In this document: one piece after another, positions 28,784-38,407 of the stretch
Position numbering within the stretch: the first letter of the stretch is position 1
Layout of the letters: each line of letters begins with the position of its first letter
NCBI GenBank assembly: GCA_963708025.1
Contig: CAVPSB010000019.1
Location: 160,001-224,000 of the forward strand
From: an uncultured Candidatus Rokubacteria bacterium
Lineage (GTDB): Bacteria > Methylomirabilota > Methylomirabilia > Rokubacteriales > DASRDR01
DNA length: 64,000 bases
Direction: 5' to 3'
Made by a program: the position numbers and the translations under genes
The notes under the pieces: generated by a model
Told to the model about the DNA's origin: nothing
The model's input: only the letters and a program-made list of their open reading frames with translations
Databases searched by the model: none

Positions 28784-30522
28784 GACCCCGTCCCCGTCGC
28801 CGTGAACTGCAGGGCGTGGAGCCGCCGGTACAGGCCATCCCGGGCCAGCAGCTCGTCGTGTCGCCCCTCCTCCACGATCCGGCCCTCCTGGAAGACCGCG
28901 ATCCGGTGAGCCAGGCGCACGGTCGAGAGGCGGTGGGCGATCAGGAACACCGTCCGATTCTTGGTGAGGTCGGTCAGGGCCTGCTGGACCATGAACTCCG
29001 ACTCGGCGTCGAGATCGGAGGTGACCTCGTCGAGGATCAGGATGGCCGGGTCCTTCAGGAAGGCGCGGGCCAGCGCGACCCGCTGCCGCTGGCCGCCGGA
29101 GAGCTTGACGCCGCGCTCCCCGACCAGGGTCCCGTAGCCGGCGGGCAATCCGGTGATGAACTCGTGGGCGTAGGCGGCCCGGGCCGCCCGCTCGATCTCC
29201 TCCCGCGTCGCCCCGGGCTTGCCGTACGCGATGTTCGTCTCGATGGTGTCGTTGAAGAGGAAGGTGTCCTGGGTCACGATGGCGATCTGCGCGCGCAGGG
29301 ACTCTTGCGTGCACTCGCGGATGTCCATCCCGTCCACCAGGACCCGTCCCTGGGTGACGTCGTGGAAGCGCGGGATCAGGTCGGTGAGGGTCGACTTGCC
29401 GGCGCCGCTCATCCCCACGAAGGCCAGCACCTCGCCGCGGGGCACCGTGAGGCTGATGTCCTTGAGGACCATCTCGCCGTCGTCGTACTGGAACCACACG
29501 TGGTCGAACTCGATCTGCCGGCGGAACGCCGGGAGCGTCCTGGCGTCGGGCCCGTCGGCCACGGCGGGCTCCAGCGCGAGCACCTCGAACACCCGGTCGG
29601 CCGACGGCATGGTCTGCTGGTAGAGGTTGGCCATGCGGGACAGCTTCCGGACCGGGCCGTAGAGCATGAGGGTCGCGGTGACGAACGAGAAGAGGGCGCC
29701 GGGGGTCATGTCGCCCTGCACGACCCGGTAGCCGCCGTACCACAGAATGGCCATGACCCCGAAGGCCGCCAGGATCTCCATGAGCGGCTCCGACAGCTCG
29801 TCAACCCGGTGGTCCTTGAGCGAGAGCTCGAGGAGGCGCTGGTTGATGCGGTCGAAGCGTGACCGCTCGTGCTCCTCCCGGCCGAAGGCCTTCACGATCT
29901 TCGTTCCCGTGAAGGCCTCCTGGAGCAGCGTGGTGAGGGCGCCGATCTGCTCCTGGGTCCGCCGGTTGATCTTGTAGAGCTGCCGCCCCATGGCCCGGAT
30001 GCTGAGCCCGACCAGCGGGAAGGCGATGAGGGCCAGGAGGGTCAGCCGCGCTTCCTGGGTGAACATGACCCCCAGCAGGGCCACGATGGTGGCGACCTGG
30101 CGGAACGCCATCACCAGGATCTCGGACGAGAGCTTGGCCAGCCGGGTGGCGTCCACCACGACGCGGGCCATCAGGTCGGCCGAGTGGCGGTTCTGGAAGA
30201 ACGCGAGCGGCATCGCCTGGATGTGGACGTACAGGTCGCGCCGGATGGCCGCGATGATCCGCTCGCCGACCGCCGCCATCATGTAGGACTGGCCGTAGCG
30301 CGCCGCGCCCTTGACCAGGTAGACGGCGAGGAGCAGGAGGGGAAGGAGCTTCAGCATGGCGAGGTCACGGCGGATGAAGATCCCGTCCATCGTCGGCTTG
30401 ACGAGCCACGCGATCGCGCCGTCCATCCCGGAGACGACGACCGCCAGCCCACCGCCCACGACCAGCCACACCCCGTAGGGGCGCACGTAGGGCAGGAGGC
30501 GCTTCAGCGCCGCGGGGATCAC
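28780..30522 (-). CDS. msbA: Lipid A flippase-type ABC transporter
   Basis: Transmembrane domain plus GMSGAGKST, LSGGQRQR, ILDEVTS; LPS gene context. Confidence 0.88.
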   Translation of the reverse strand: MIPAALKRLLPYVRPYGVWLVVGGGLAVVVSGMDGAIAWLVKPTMDGIFIRRDLAMLKLLPLLLLAVYLVKGAARYGQSYMMAAVGERIIAAIRRDLYVHIQAMPLAFFQNRHSADLMARVVVDATRLAKLSSEILVMAFRQVATIVALLGVMFTQEARLTLLALIAFPLVGLSIRAMGRQLYKINRRTQEQIGALTTLLQEAFTGTKIVKAFGREEHERSRFDRINQRLLELSLKDHRVDELSEPLMEILAAFGVMAILWYGGYRVVQGDMTPGALFSFVTATLMLYGPVRKLSRMANLYQQTMPSADRVFEVLALEPAVADGPDARTLPAFRRQIEFDHVWFQYDDGEMVLKDISLTVPRGEVLAFVGMSGAGKSTLTDLIPRFHDVTQGRVLVDGMDIRECTQESLRAQIAIVTQDTFLFNDTIETNIAYGKPGATREEIERAARAAYAHEFITGLPAGYGTLVGERGVKLSGGQRQRVALARAFLKDPAILILDEVTSDLDAESEFMVQQALTDLTKNRTVFLIAHRLSTVRLAHRIAVFQEGRIVEEGRHDELLARDGLYRRLHALQFTATGTGS

Positions 30523-30531
30523 GGCGCTATT

Positions 30532-30679
30532 CTAGCCCCGATCCGAAACGAGCTCACGTATGGAATCTCGCTCCAGCGGCACGCCGTCAGGTTGGGCAAT
30601 GCGAGCAGTCTGGAGCGCCGCCGCTACTGACGGGCCGATTTCCGGAACGGCGGCAACGGGAATTTCGGATCGGGGCTAG
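30532..30679. mobile_element. MITE-like element, family M2 (CTAG flanks, 13-bp perfect terminal inverted repeats)
   Basis: CTAG-CCCCGATCCGAAA...TTTCGGATCGGGG-CTAG. Confidence 0.8.
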
Positions 30680-30704
30680 CAGCCGGCGAGAGGGCGATGC
30701 ACCA

Positions 30705-30799
30705 GATCGGAACCTCCCGCCTCCCTCCTCCTTGGACGGCCGTCGGCCTTTGGCTGGGGGGAGGGGGAGTCGGAGGCCCCGATTGCGTCACGCGCTCTC
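30705..30799. repeat. Family A repeat, degenerate, with module C
   Basis: GATCGGAACCTCCCGC...TTGGACGGCCGTCGGCCTTTGG...GGGGAGGGGGAGTCGGAGGCCCC...TCACGCGCTCTC. Confidence 0.75.
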
Positions 30800-31915
30800 T
30801 CAGCGGTTCGTGGCCAGCCGCCGGTAGAGCGCCTCCAGGCGCGCGACCTTGGCGTCGATCGAGAAGCGCTCCTGCACCCGGGCGCGCCCCGCTTCGCCGA
30901 GCGTCCGGGCCCAGCCGGGATCCCCGAGGAGCCGGAGGACGCCGGCGGCGAGCGCGGCCGGGTCGCGGGACGGGACGAGCAGTCCCGTTCGTTCGTGCAG
31001 GACCAGCTCGGGGTTGCCCACGGCGTCGGAGGCGACGACGGGCGTTCCCATCGCGAGGGACTCCCGCAGCGACCCCGTGATCCCGAGCCCGACCGGGGAG
31101 GCGTCCACGCAGATGTCCGAGGCGGCGAGGATCTCGGGGACGTCGTCGCGGTAGCCCCAGACCGTCACCGCGCCGCCGAGCCCGAGGGCGGCGATCCGGG
31201 TCTCGAGCGGCGGGCGCTTCTCGGGACGGGCCCCGACCAGGAGCAGCCGGGCCTCGCGCCGCTCGCGCTGGACGGCGGCGAAGGCCTGGATCACCTCCGC
31301 GTTGCCCTTGGTCTCGCGGACGCCGATCTGGGTCACCAGGGGGGCCGTCCGCGGCAGGCCCAGCTCGGCGCGGATCCTGTCCCCGCTCACGCGGGTCGGA
31401 TCGAAGCGACGGATGTCGGTCGCCGAGTAGACGACCTCGATCTTGGCGCGCGGCATGCCCTGCGCCACCAGATCGGTCTTGATCGCCTCGCAGACCGCCA
31501 CCACGGCCGCGATCATCGGGCTCCGGTCCACGAAGCGCCCGCCCAGCGACAGCCGGAAGCTCACCCCGCGGTTGACGACCAGCGGCGGCCGCGGGCCGAG
31601 GAGTCGCGCCAGGAGCGCCAGCGTGCGGCCCCCGCCCTTGTGGGCGTGGATCACCTGCACGGCCTCGGCGCGGACCAGGGCGGCCAGCCGGACGGCGCCC
31701 ACGGGATCGGCGGGAGAGCGGAAGAAGCCGTGGTGTCGGAAGCCGGCGGCGGCCGCCTCGGTGGCCCAGCGCGGGTTGGTGCCCGTGACGACGGTGACGC
31801 GGTGGCCGCGCTCCACGAGGCCGCGAGCGAGGTCGCGGAGCTGGATCGCGGCCCCGGTGTAGAAGTCGTCCTTCGGGTAGATCTGGAGGAGCCGGAGCGG
31901 CGCGTCGGCGCTAAT
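30800..31915 (-). CDS. Glycosyltransferase family 4 (GT-B); start uncertain (ATT 31915 or GTG 31816)
   Basis: IHAH, GYRDDVPEILAASD, LRESLAMGTPVVASDAVGNPELV; upstream in-frame LRLLQIYPKDDFYTGA. Confidence 0.85.
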   Translation of the reverse strand: MSADAPLRLLQIYPKDDFYTGAAIQLRDLARGLVERGHRVTVVTGTNPRWATEAAAAGFRHHGFFRSPADPVGAVRLAALVRAEAVQVIHAHKGGGRTLALLARLLGPRPPLVVNRGVSFRLSLGGRFVDRSPMIAAVVAVCEAIKTDLVAQGMPRAKIEVVYSATDIRRFDPTRVSGDRIRAELGLPRTAPLVTQIGVRETKGNAEVIQAFAAVQRERREARLLLVGARPEKRPPLETRIAALGLGGAVTVWGYRDDVPEILAASDICVDASPVGLGITGSLRESLAMGTPVVASDAVGNPELVLHERTGLLVPSRDPAALAAGVLRLLGDPGWARTLGEAGRARVQERFSIDAKVARLEALYRRLATNR

Positions 31916-32561
31916 CGTCCGCGACGGGGAGTCCCGCCTCCATCCAGCCCGTCATGCCGCCCCACACGTTCGTGAGCCGCGTGAGCCCCCGGGCGAGCAG
32001 GAGACTCCCGACCAGGCTCGAGCGCGGTCCGCCCCGGCAGACCAGCGCGATCGGCCGGTCCTTCGGTAGCTCGCCGGCCCGTCCGGGCACCTCGCGCATC
32101 GGGATGTGGAGGGCGCCGGCGATGTGCCCCTCCTCCCACTCGAAGGGCTCGCGGACGTCGAGCACCACGAGGTCCCCGCCGGCCTGGAGCCGCCGGGCCA
32201 GCTCGGGGGCCGTGACGTTGGGCAGCTCCGCCACCGGCAGGCCCGAGGCCCCCACGGCGGCGCTCCCGACCGCGTAGGCCTGGGTCTCGTCCAGGCCGAT
32301 GCGGGCGAGCGACGACAGCGCCCGGGCCACCTCGCCCTCGGTCTCGGCGAGGAGGACGAGCGGCCGGTCGGGCGGCACGAACCAGCTCACCCGCTCGGCG
32401 AACTGCGGGCCGTCGATCCACACGTTCAGGCTCCCGGCGACGTGGCCGGCCCCGAAGGCCCGCGGGTCCCGGATGTCCACCAGCGTCGCGCCGGCGGCGA
32501 GGCGGGCCGCGAGGTCGGCGGGCTGGAGCCGCTCCGGCGTCGGGCGCCTGGTCATGACCAC
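31911..32561 (-). CDS. Tandem rhodanese-domain protein
   Basis: VDIRDPRAFGAGHVAGS and LDVREPFEWEEGHIAGA...CRGGPRS...GGMTGW. Confidence 0.9.
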   Translation of the reverse strand: MVMTRRPTPERLQPADLAARLAAGATLVDIRDPRAFGAGHVAGSLNVWIDGPQFAERVSWFVPPDRPLVLLAETEGEVARALSSLARIGLDETQAYAVGSAAVGASGLPVAELPNVTAPELARRLQAGGDLVVLDVREPFEWEEGHIAGALHIPMREVPGRAGELPKDRPIALVCRGGPRSSLVGSLLLARGLTRLTNVWGGMTGWMEAGLPVADD

Positions 32562-32586
32562 CCCTCGTGGGGCGGCGGCTCGAAGA

Positions 32587-33075
32587 TCACGGGTCGCCGT
32601 CGCTCTCCAGGTGATGGTAGCCGCCCTGGAAGTAGAGGAGCGGCGGGCCCCCGGCGATCGAGACGCCCTCCACCCGGCCCACGAAGATGGTGTGGTCGCC
32701 CCCGGCGTACTGGTGGACCACCCGGCACTCGAGCGCCGCCACCACGCCGTCGAGGAGGGGCAGCCGCTCGCGGCCTTCGCGGTAGGCGACCCCCGCGAAC
32801 TTGTCGGCTCCGGTCGTCGAGAAGAGGCGGGACAGGTGCTCCTGGCTCTTGCCGAGCATGTTCACCGCGAACCAGCCGTACTCCCGGAGGGCGGGGTAGG
32901 CCGTCGCCGCGTGGTCGACGCACACCAGGACCAGCGGCGGGTGCAGGGACACGGCGGTGAACGCGCTGGCGGTCAGCCCGGCGGGGTGACCGTCGCCGTC
33001 CCGCGTGGTGATCACCGTGACGCCGGCCGGGAACTGGCGGAGCGCGGCCCGGAACTCGCTCGCGGTGACGGCCAT
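32587..33075 (-). CDS. Flavin reductase family protein
   Basis: FRAALRQFPAGVTVITT, SAFTAVSLHPPLVLVC, GDHTIFVG. Confidence 0.93.
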   Translation of the reverse strand: MAVTASEFRAALRQFPAGVTVITTRDGDGHPAGLTASAFTAVSLHPPLVLVCVDHAATAYPALREYGWFAVNMLGKSQEHLSRLFSTTGADKFAGVAYREGRERLPLLDGVVAALECRVVHQYAGGDHTIFVGRVEGVSIAGGPPLLYFQGGYHHLESDGDP

Positions 33076-33086
33076 GGCCTGCTTCA

Positions 33087-33181
33087 GTTGTAGCAAAGCC
33101 GAAACGCCATTTCAACGGCTGCGACAACGAGCCCGCGCCTCCTGGCGTGCCTTGACAAGGGGTTGGGCGTCTGGCTACCTT
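33087..33181. promoter_or_regulatory. Divergent sigma70 promoters
   Basis: Minus: TTGAAA(33115-33110)-17 nt-TACAAC with TG extension. Plus: TTGACA(33152-33157)-18 nt-TACCTT. Confidence 0.6.
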
Positions 33182-33267
33182 GAGCGTGCCTTCACCGTGC
33201 CTTCCGCAGCGCCGCGGAATCCCATGAACCCCCCGGGCGGGACCGCCCAGCCGACAGGAGGTCGACG

Positions 33268-34891
33268 ATGCAGCGAGACGATGGGAGGGTCGAGACGCCG
33301 AACGTGGACGCGCTGGTCAACGCCTGGCAGGCCGGCGCCGTGTCGCGCCGCGAGTTCCTGCACCGGGCGGGCAGCCTGGGCCTCGGGGCGGCCGCCGCCG
33401 GGGCCCTGCTGGCGGCGGCGCCCCGGCCGCTGGCCGCCCAGACGACGCAGAAGCGCGAGCTGGTGGTCGGGCAGGGCGGCGACATCTCGAAGTTCGACCC
33501 GCACTTCTCGACGTCCGCCAACGACATCCGGATCTCCTTCAACATCTTCGACAACCTGACCAGCCGCCATCCGGACGGCAAGCTCTACCCCGGGCTGGCC
33601 ACCGAGTGGAAGACAACGGGCCCCACGACCTGGCAGTTCAAGCTCCGCCCGGGGGTGAAGTGGCACAACGGCGATCCCTTCAGCGCGGCGGACGCCAAGT
33701 TCAGTATCGAGCGCACCTACGACCCCAACGTGAAGACGATGGTCGCGACGGTGTTCACGACGATCGATCGGATCGAGGCGCCGGACGGCGCCACGCTCGT
33801 GATCCACACCAAGAAGCCCGATCCTCTCCTGCCCGCGCGGCTGGCCTTCTACGGCGGGCAGATCGTGCCCAAGAAGTACGTGGAGCAGGTCGGCGCCGAC
33901 ACGTTCAACCTGAAGCCGGTCGGCACCGGGCCCGTCCAGCTCGGGTCGTGGACGAAGGACGACAAGACGGTGCTGGAGGCCAACTCCGACTACTGGGGCG
34001 GGAAGATCGACGTGGACCGCGTCATCTCCCGGCCCATCCCCGAGAACGCGGCACGGGTGGCTGCGCTCCTGAAGGGTGAGATCGACGCGATGGTGCTCCT
34101 GACGCCCGACCACTTCGATCGGGTCAACCAGAGCCCGACCACGAGGGCGGCGGGCGCCCTCTACGCGGGACTCTACGTGCTGGCGGTGAACTCCAAGGTC
34201 AAGCCGCTCGACAACCCGCTGGTCAAGCAGGCGCTCTCGCTGGCGATCGACCGCGAGGCCATCGTCAAGGAGCTGTGGCGCGGCCACGGCATCGTCCCCA
34301 ACAGCCCGATCGCGAAGGGTGACAACCACTACGACGCGCTCGCTGCCGCCGCTGGCGTACGACCCGAAGGAGGCCAAGGAGCGCCTGAAGAAGGCGGGGT
34401 ACCGGAACGAGCCGATCTACATCGAGACCACCGCGGGCTACACCGCCAACGACAAGCCCATGTCCGAGGCCATCGCCGGGATGTGGAAGGACGTCGGGAT
34501 CAACGTGGTGGTCGAGGTGATCGAGTACTCGGTCCGCGCGCAGAAGAACCGCGAGAAGAGCTTCAAGGGCATGTTCTGGTCGGATCCGACCTCGACCCTC
34601 GCCGATCCCGACGGCATGATGTGGCGGCTGCTCGGTCCCGGCGGCCCCCAGGACTACTGGCGCCACCCGGAGTGGGACGAGCTGGGGAACGCAGCCCGGT
34701 TCAGCCTCGACGAGAAGTTCCGGGGGGAGGCCTACCGGAAGATGACGAAGATCTTCCTGGAGTACAACCCGTGGCTGGTCGTCATCCAGCCCACCGAGGA
34801 CTACGGGTTCCAGAAGTACGTCGAGTTCACGCCGAACCCGAACCAGCAGTTCGAGGTCCGGCGCTTCAACTTCCGGATGCGGCGCGCCTAG
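33268..34891 (+). CDS. Peptide/nickel ABC transporter substrate-binding protein, Tat-exported (one frameshift near 34340)
   Basis: SRREFL Tat motif; PGLATEW, VKWHNGDPFSAADAKFS, PVGTGP; C-terminal half in ORF 34319-34891. Confidence 0.88.
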
Positions 34892-34901
34892 CACCGATCG
34901 C

Positions 34902-34940
34902 GGCGCCCGGCCCCGCCCGCCGGCGGCGGGGCCGGGCGCC
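34902..34940 (+). other. GC-rich intercistronic hairpin after the binding-protein gene
   Basis: GGCGCCCGGCCCCGCC-N7-GGCGGGGCCGGGCGCC with no U-tract. Confidence 0.6.
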
Positions 34941-34947
34941 GCTCCCG

Positions 34948-35871
34948 ATGCGCGGATTCGGCGGCTTCCTCGCCTATCGGTTCTTCCGCACCCTCGTCGC
35001 CCTCTGGCTGGTCTCCACGGTCGTGTTCGTGGTGATGCGCCTGTCGGGCGATCCGGTGCCGCTCCTCTTGCCGCCCGACGCCCCCATCGCCGAGATGGAG
35101 CGGGTGCGGCGCGACCTCGGCCTGGACCGGTCGCTGCCGGTGCAGTACGCGGTGTTCATCGGGAACGTCGTCCGGGGCGACTTCGGTCGATCCATCCACT
35201 TCCGCCAGCCGGCCATGCAGGTCGCCCTCGGCTACCTGTCGGCCACGTTCGAGCTGGGCCTGGCCGCGTTCCTGATCGCGGTCGTGGTCGCCTTCCCGGT
35301 CGGCGTGTTCTCCGCCGTCCGCCGGAACTCGCCGCTCGACCACGCCGCGATGGGCCTGGCCCTGGTCGGCCAGTCGGCCCCGACCTTCTTCCTCGGCATC
35401 CTCTTCATCCTGGTCCTGGCCCTCCGCCTCGACCTCTTCCCGACCTCCGGCCGCGGCGACTGGCGGCACCTGGTCCTGCCCGCGCTCACCCTCGGCGCCT
35501 TCACCATGGCGTCGATCGCGCGCATCACGCGCTCGGCGGTGCTCGAGGTCCAGCGGGCCGACTTCATCCGGACGGCCCGCGCCAAGGGGCTGTCGGAGGT
35601 GTGGGTGGTCGGCAAGCACACCCTGAAGAACGCGGCGCTCCCGATCCTGACGATCACCGGGCTCCAGTTCGGAACGCTGCTGGGCGGCGCCGTGGTGACC
35701 GAGACCGTGTTCGCCTGGCCCGGGATGGGTCGCCTGGCCATCCAGTCGATCTACAACCGCGACTACCCGGTGGTGCAGTCCACCGTCTTCATCGCCGCGG
35801 CGCTGTTCATCGTGATCAACCTGGCGCTGGACGTGCTGTATGGCGTCCTGGACCCGCGGGCCCGGACGTGA
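34948..35871 (+). CDS. DppB-like ABC permease
   Basis: GLDRSLPVQY, GDFGRS, DFIRTARAKGL, ETVFAWPGMG, RDYPVVQ. Confidence 0.92.
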   Translation: MRGFGGFLAYRFFRTLVALWLVSTVVFVVMRLSGDPVPLLLPPDAPIAEMERVRRDLGLDRSLPVQYAVFIGNVVRGDFGRSIHFRQPAMQVALGYLSATFELGLAAFLIAVVVAFPVGVFSAVRRNSPLDHAAMGLALVGQSAPTFFLGILFILVLALRLDLFPTSGRGDWRHLVLPALTLGAFTMASIARITRSAVLEVQRADFIRTARAKGLSEVWVVGKHTLKNAALPILTITGLQFGTLLGGAVVTETVFAWPGMGRLAIQSIYNRDYPVVQSTVFIAAALFIVINLALDVLYGVLDPRART

Positions 35872-35876
35872 GCGGT

Positions 35877-36106
35877 AGCCGGGCCGATACCCGTCGCCGC
35901 GGGTCGTCCTCCATCCCGACCGGGACGTGCTCGGCCTCTGGCCTCGCGTTCGTCCCGGTCTCGGGGGGCCTCGCCGGTCCTCAGCGTATGCGGCATACGC
36001 TTCCGGCCGGCTCGACTGTCATCCCGGCCGCGACGCGCTCGGCCTGCGGCCGCGCGTCCGTCCCGGCCTCTGGGCGTCCTACCGCGGCTCGGGTCTCGGC
36101 CCGGCT
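35877..36106. repeat. Family D 230-bp branched palindrome
   Basis: Arms AGCCGGGCCGA / TCGGCCCGGCT; centre AGCGTATG-CGG-CATACGCT at the midpoint; two side hairpins. Confidence 0.8.
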
Positions 36107-36152
36107 CAGATTTGTGACCGTCGCTGGTCCCGGGTAAGCCCGTGAGCTACGA

Positions 36153-37058
36153 GTGAGCCAGGTCCTCGCCCGCCCCGCGCCGCCCCCCGCGGTCACGGTC
36201 GCGAGCGCCGTCGCGGCCCGACGGCGCCGCCGGTGGCCGGTCCCGATCCTGGCCGCGGCCGGCTTCGTGGGCGCGCTGGTCGTCGTGGCGGTGGCCGCAC
36301 CCTTCCTGGCCCCGCACGACCCCGAGCGCGGCTCGCTCCGCGCCCGCCTGGCCGGGCCGACGTGGCAGGCCGCGGACGGCAAGGCCCACGCCCTCGGCAC
36401 TGACCACCTCGGACGGGACGTCCTCTCCCGCGTGATCTTCGGGACCCGGGTCTCCCTGACGGTGGGCTTCGCGGCGGTCGCCATCGGCGGCCTGATCGGG
36501 GGGCTGCTCGGGCTCGTGGCCGGGTACCGCGCCGGCTGGCTCGACGAGGTGATCATGACGGTGGCCGACGCCCAGCTCGCGTTCCCCTTCATCCTGCTGG
36601 CGATCGGGATCATCGCGGTCCTCGGCCCCTCGTTCCCGAACCTCATCGTCGTGGTGGGACTGTCGGGGTGGGTGACCTATGCCCGTGTCCTGCGCTCGCA
36701 GGTGCTGTCGCTGCGCCGGCGGGAGTTCGTGGACGCGATCCTCGGGCTCGGCGGCTCCGTCCCTCGCGTGCTGCTCCGCCACATCCTGCCGAACGTGGGG
36801 TCCACCCTGATGGTCATCGCCACGCTGGAGCTGGCGCGCGCCATCGTGCTGGAGGCCACGCTCTCCTTCCTGGGACTCGGCATCCAGCCGCCCACCCCGT
36901 CCTGGGGGGGAATGATCCAGGAGGGCCGGGAGTACCTGGACACCGCCTGGTGGATCTCGATCTTCCCGGGCGCCGTGCTGATGCTGACCTCGCTCGTGGT
37001 CAGCCGGACCGGCGACTGGCTGCGCGACGTCCTCGACCCCACGCTGCGCGGCGAGTAG
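36153..37058 (+). CDS. DppC-like ABC permease
   Basis: LGTDHLGRDVLSRVIFGTRVSL, RHILPN, LSFLGLGIQPPTPSWG. Confidence 0.93.
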   Translation: MSQVLARPAPPPAVTVASAVAARRRRRWPVPILAAAGFVGALVVVAVAAPFLAPHDPERGSLRARLAGPTWQAADGKAHALGTDHLGRDVLSRVIFGTRVSLTVGFAAVAIGGLIGGLLGLVAGYRAGWLDEVIMTVADAQLAFPFILLAIGIIAVLGPSFPNLIVVVGLSGWVTYARVLRSQVLSLRRREFVDAILGLGGSVPRVLLRHILPNVGSTLMVIATLELARAIVLEATLSFLGLGIQPPTPSWGGMIQEGREYLDTAWWISIFPGAVLMLTSLVVSRTGDWLRDVLDPTLRGE

Positions 37059-37062
37059 CCGG

Positions 37063-38310
37063 ATGGCGGAGGTGGTCGTGATCGGCGCGGGCGTCATCGG
37101 CGTCTGCGCCGCCTGGTACCTGGTCCGCGACGGCCACACCGTCACGCTCCTCGACCGGGACGACGTCTGCGCCGGCAGCTCCTACGGCAACGCCGGATTG
37201 ATCGTGCCGAGCCACAGCATCCCGCTGGCCGCCCCCGGAATCCTGTGGAAGGGCCTCCGGTGGATGCTCGACCCGGAGAGCCCGTTCTACATCAAGCCTC
37301 GCCTCGACCGGGAGCTCCTGGCCTGGCTCTGGAAGTTCCGGGGGGCCTGCACCGCCGGTCACGTGGCGCGGGCCGTCCCGGTGTTGCGCGACCTCGGCCT
37401 GGCGAGCCTCGGCCTCTACCGGGAGCTGGCCGCGATCGACGGCCTGCACTCGGGCTTCGAGCAGCGGGGGGTGCTGGCGGTGTTCCGGACCGCGCCCGGC
37501 TTCGAGGAGGCGCGACACGAGGCCGACCTTCTCCGGGCGAACGGGCTCCGCGTCGAGATGCTGGACGCCGCCGCCGCGCGCGCGGCCGAGCCGAGCCTCG
37601 GTCCCGCGGTGGTCGGGGCCCTCCGCTTCCCGGACGACGCCCAGCTCGTGCCCGACGCCTTCGTGACCGGGCTCGCCCGCGCCGCCGCCTCCCTCGGCGT
37701 CCGCATCCGTCGGGAGACGGAGGTGCTCGGCTTCGAGACCAGCGGCCGCCGGATCGGGGCGGTGGAGACCACGCGGGGGCGGCTCCGGGCCGACGAGGTG
37801 GTCCTCGCCGCCGGGGCCTGGTCGGCCTCGCTCGCGCGCGAGCTCGGCCTGCGGCTGCCGATCCAGCCGGCCAAGGGCTACAGCGTGACCTGCGAGCGGC
37901 CGGCCGATGGCCCGGCGGTGCCGCTCTTGCTCGGCGAGGCGAAGATGGCGATCACCCCGATGGGCAACCGGCTGCGCTTCGCCGGGACGCTGGAGCTGGC
38001 CGGGCTCGACCTGTCGATCGACCGCCGCCGGGTCGAGGCCGTCCGGCGGTCGGCCGGCGCCTTCCTGGGCGCCGGCGTGGACGGCTTGCCGCTGGTCGAG
38101 ATCTGGCGCGGCCTCCGCCCGTGCACGCCCGACGGGCTGCCGATCATCGGCCGGCCGGCGCGGCTCGACAACCTCATCCTGGCCACCGGTCACGCCATGA
38201 TCGGCGTGTCCCTGGGGCCGGTCACCGGGAAGCTCGTCGCCCAGCTCGCCGCCGGCGCCACGCCGCTGATCGACCTCGAGCCGCTGCGGGCCGAGCGCTT
38301 CTCGAGCTGA
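37063..38310 (+). CDS. D-amino acid dehydrogenase-like FAD oxidoreductase (DadA family)
   Basis: IGAGVIG, SYGNAG, PAKGYS, GLRPCTPDGLPIIG, ATGH. Confidence 0.9.
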   Translation: MAEVVVIGAGVIGVCAAWYLVRDGHTVTLLDRDDVCAGSSYGNAGLIVPSHSIPLAAPGILWKGLRWMLDPESPFYIKPRLDRELLAWLWKFRGACTAGHVARAVPVLRDLGLASLGLYRELAAIDGLHSGFEQRGVLAVFRTAPGFEEARHEADLLRANGLRVEMLDAAAARAAEPSLGPAVVGALRFPDDAQLVPDAFVTGLARAAASLGVRIRRETEVLGFETSGRRIGAVETTRGRLRADEVVLAAGAWSASLARELGLRLPIQPAKGYSVTCERPADGPAVPLLLGEAKMAITPMGNRLRFAGTLELAGLDLSIDRRRVEAVRRSAGAFLGAGVDGLPLVEIWRGLRPCTPDGLPIIGRPARLDNLILATGHAMIGVSLGPVTGKLVAQLAAGATPLIDLEPLRAERFSS

Positions 38311-38407
38311 GCCCCGCGCCGCCGCCGCCCGCGCGTCTCGCGGCGATGAGGCCGATGTGGTACGGTTGGGGCACCACCTGGCCGGTCAACCCGAAGGAGG
38401 GTCTCGA

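Noticed and set aside
33268-35871. 867-aa binding-protein/permease fusion in the ORF track
   Set aside because: Artefact of one frameshift near 34340. The true C-terminus is in another frame ending at 34891, and the permease has its own ATG at 34948.
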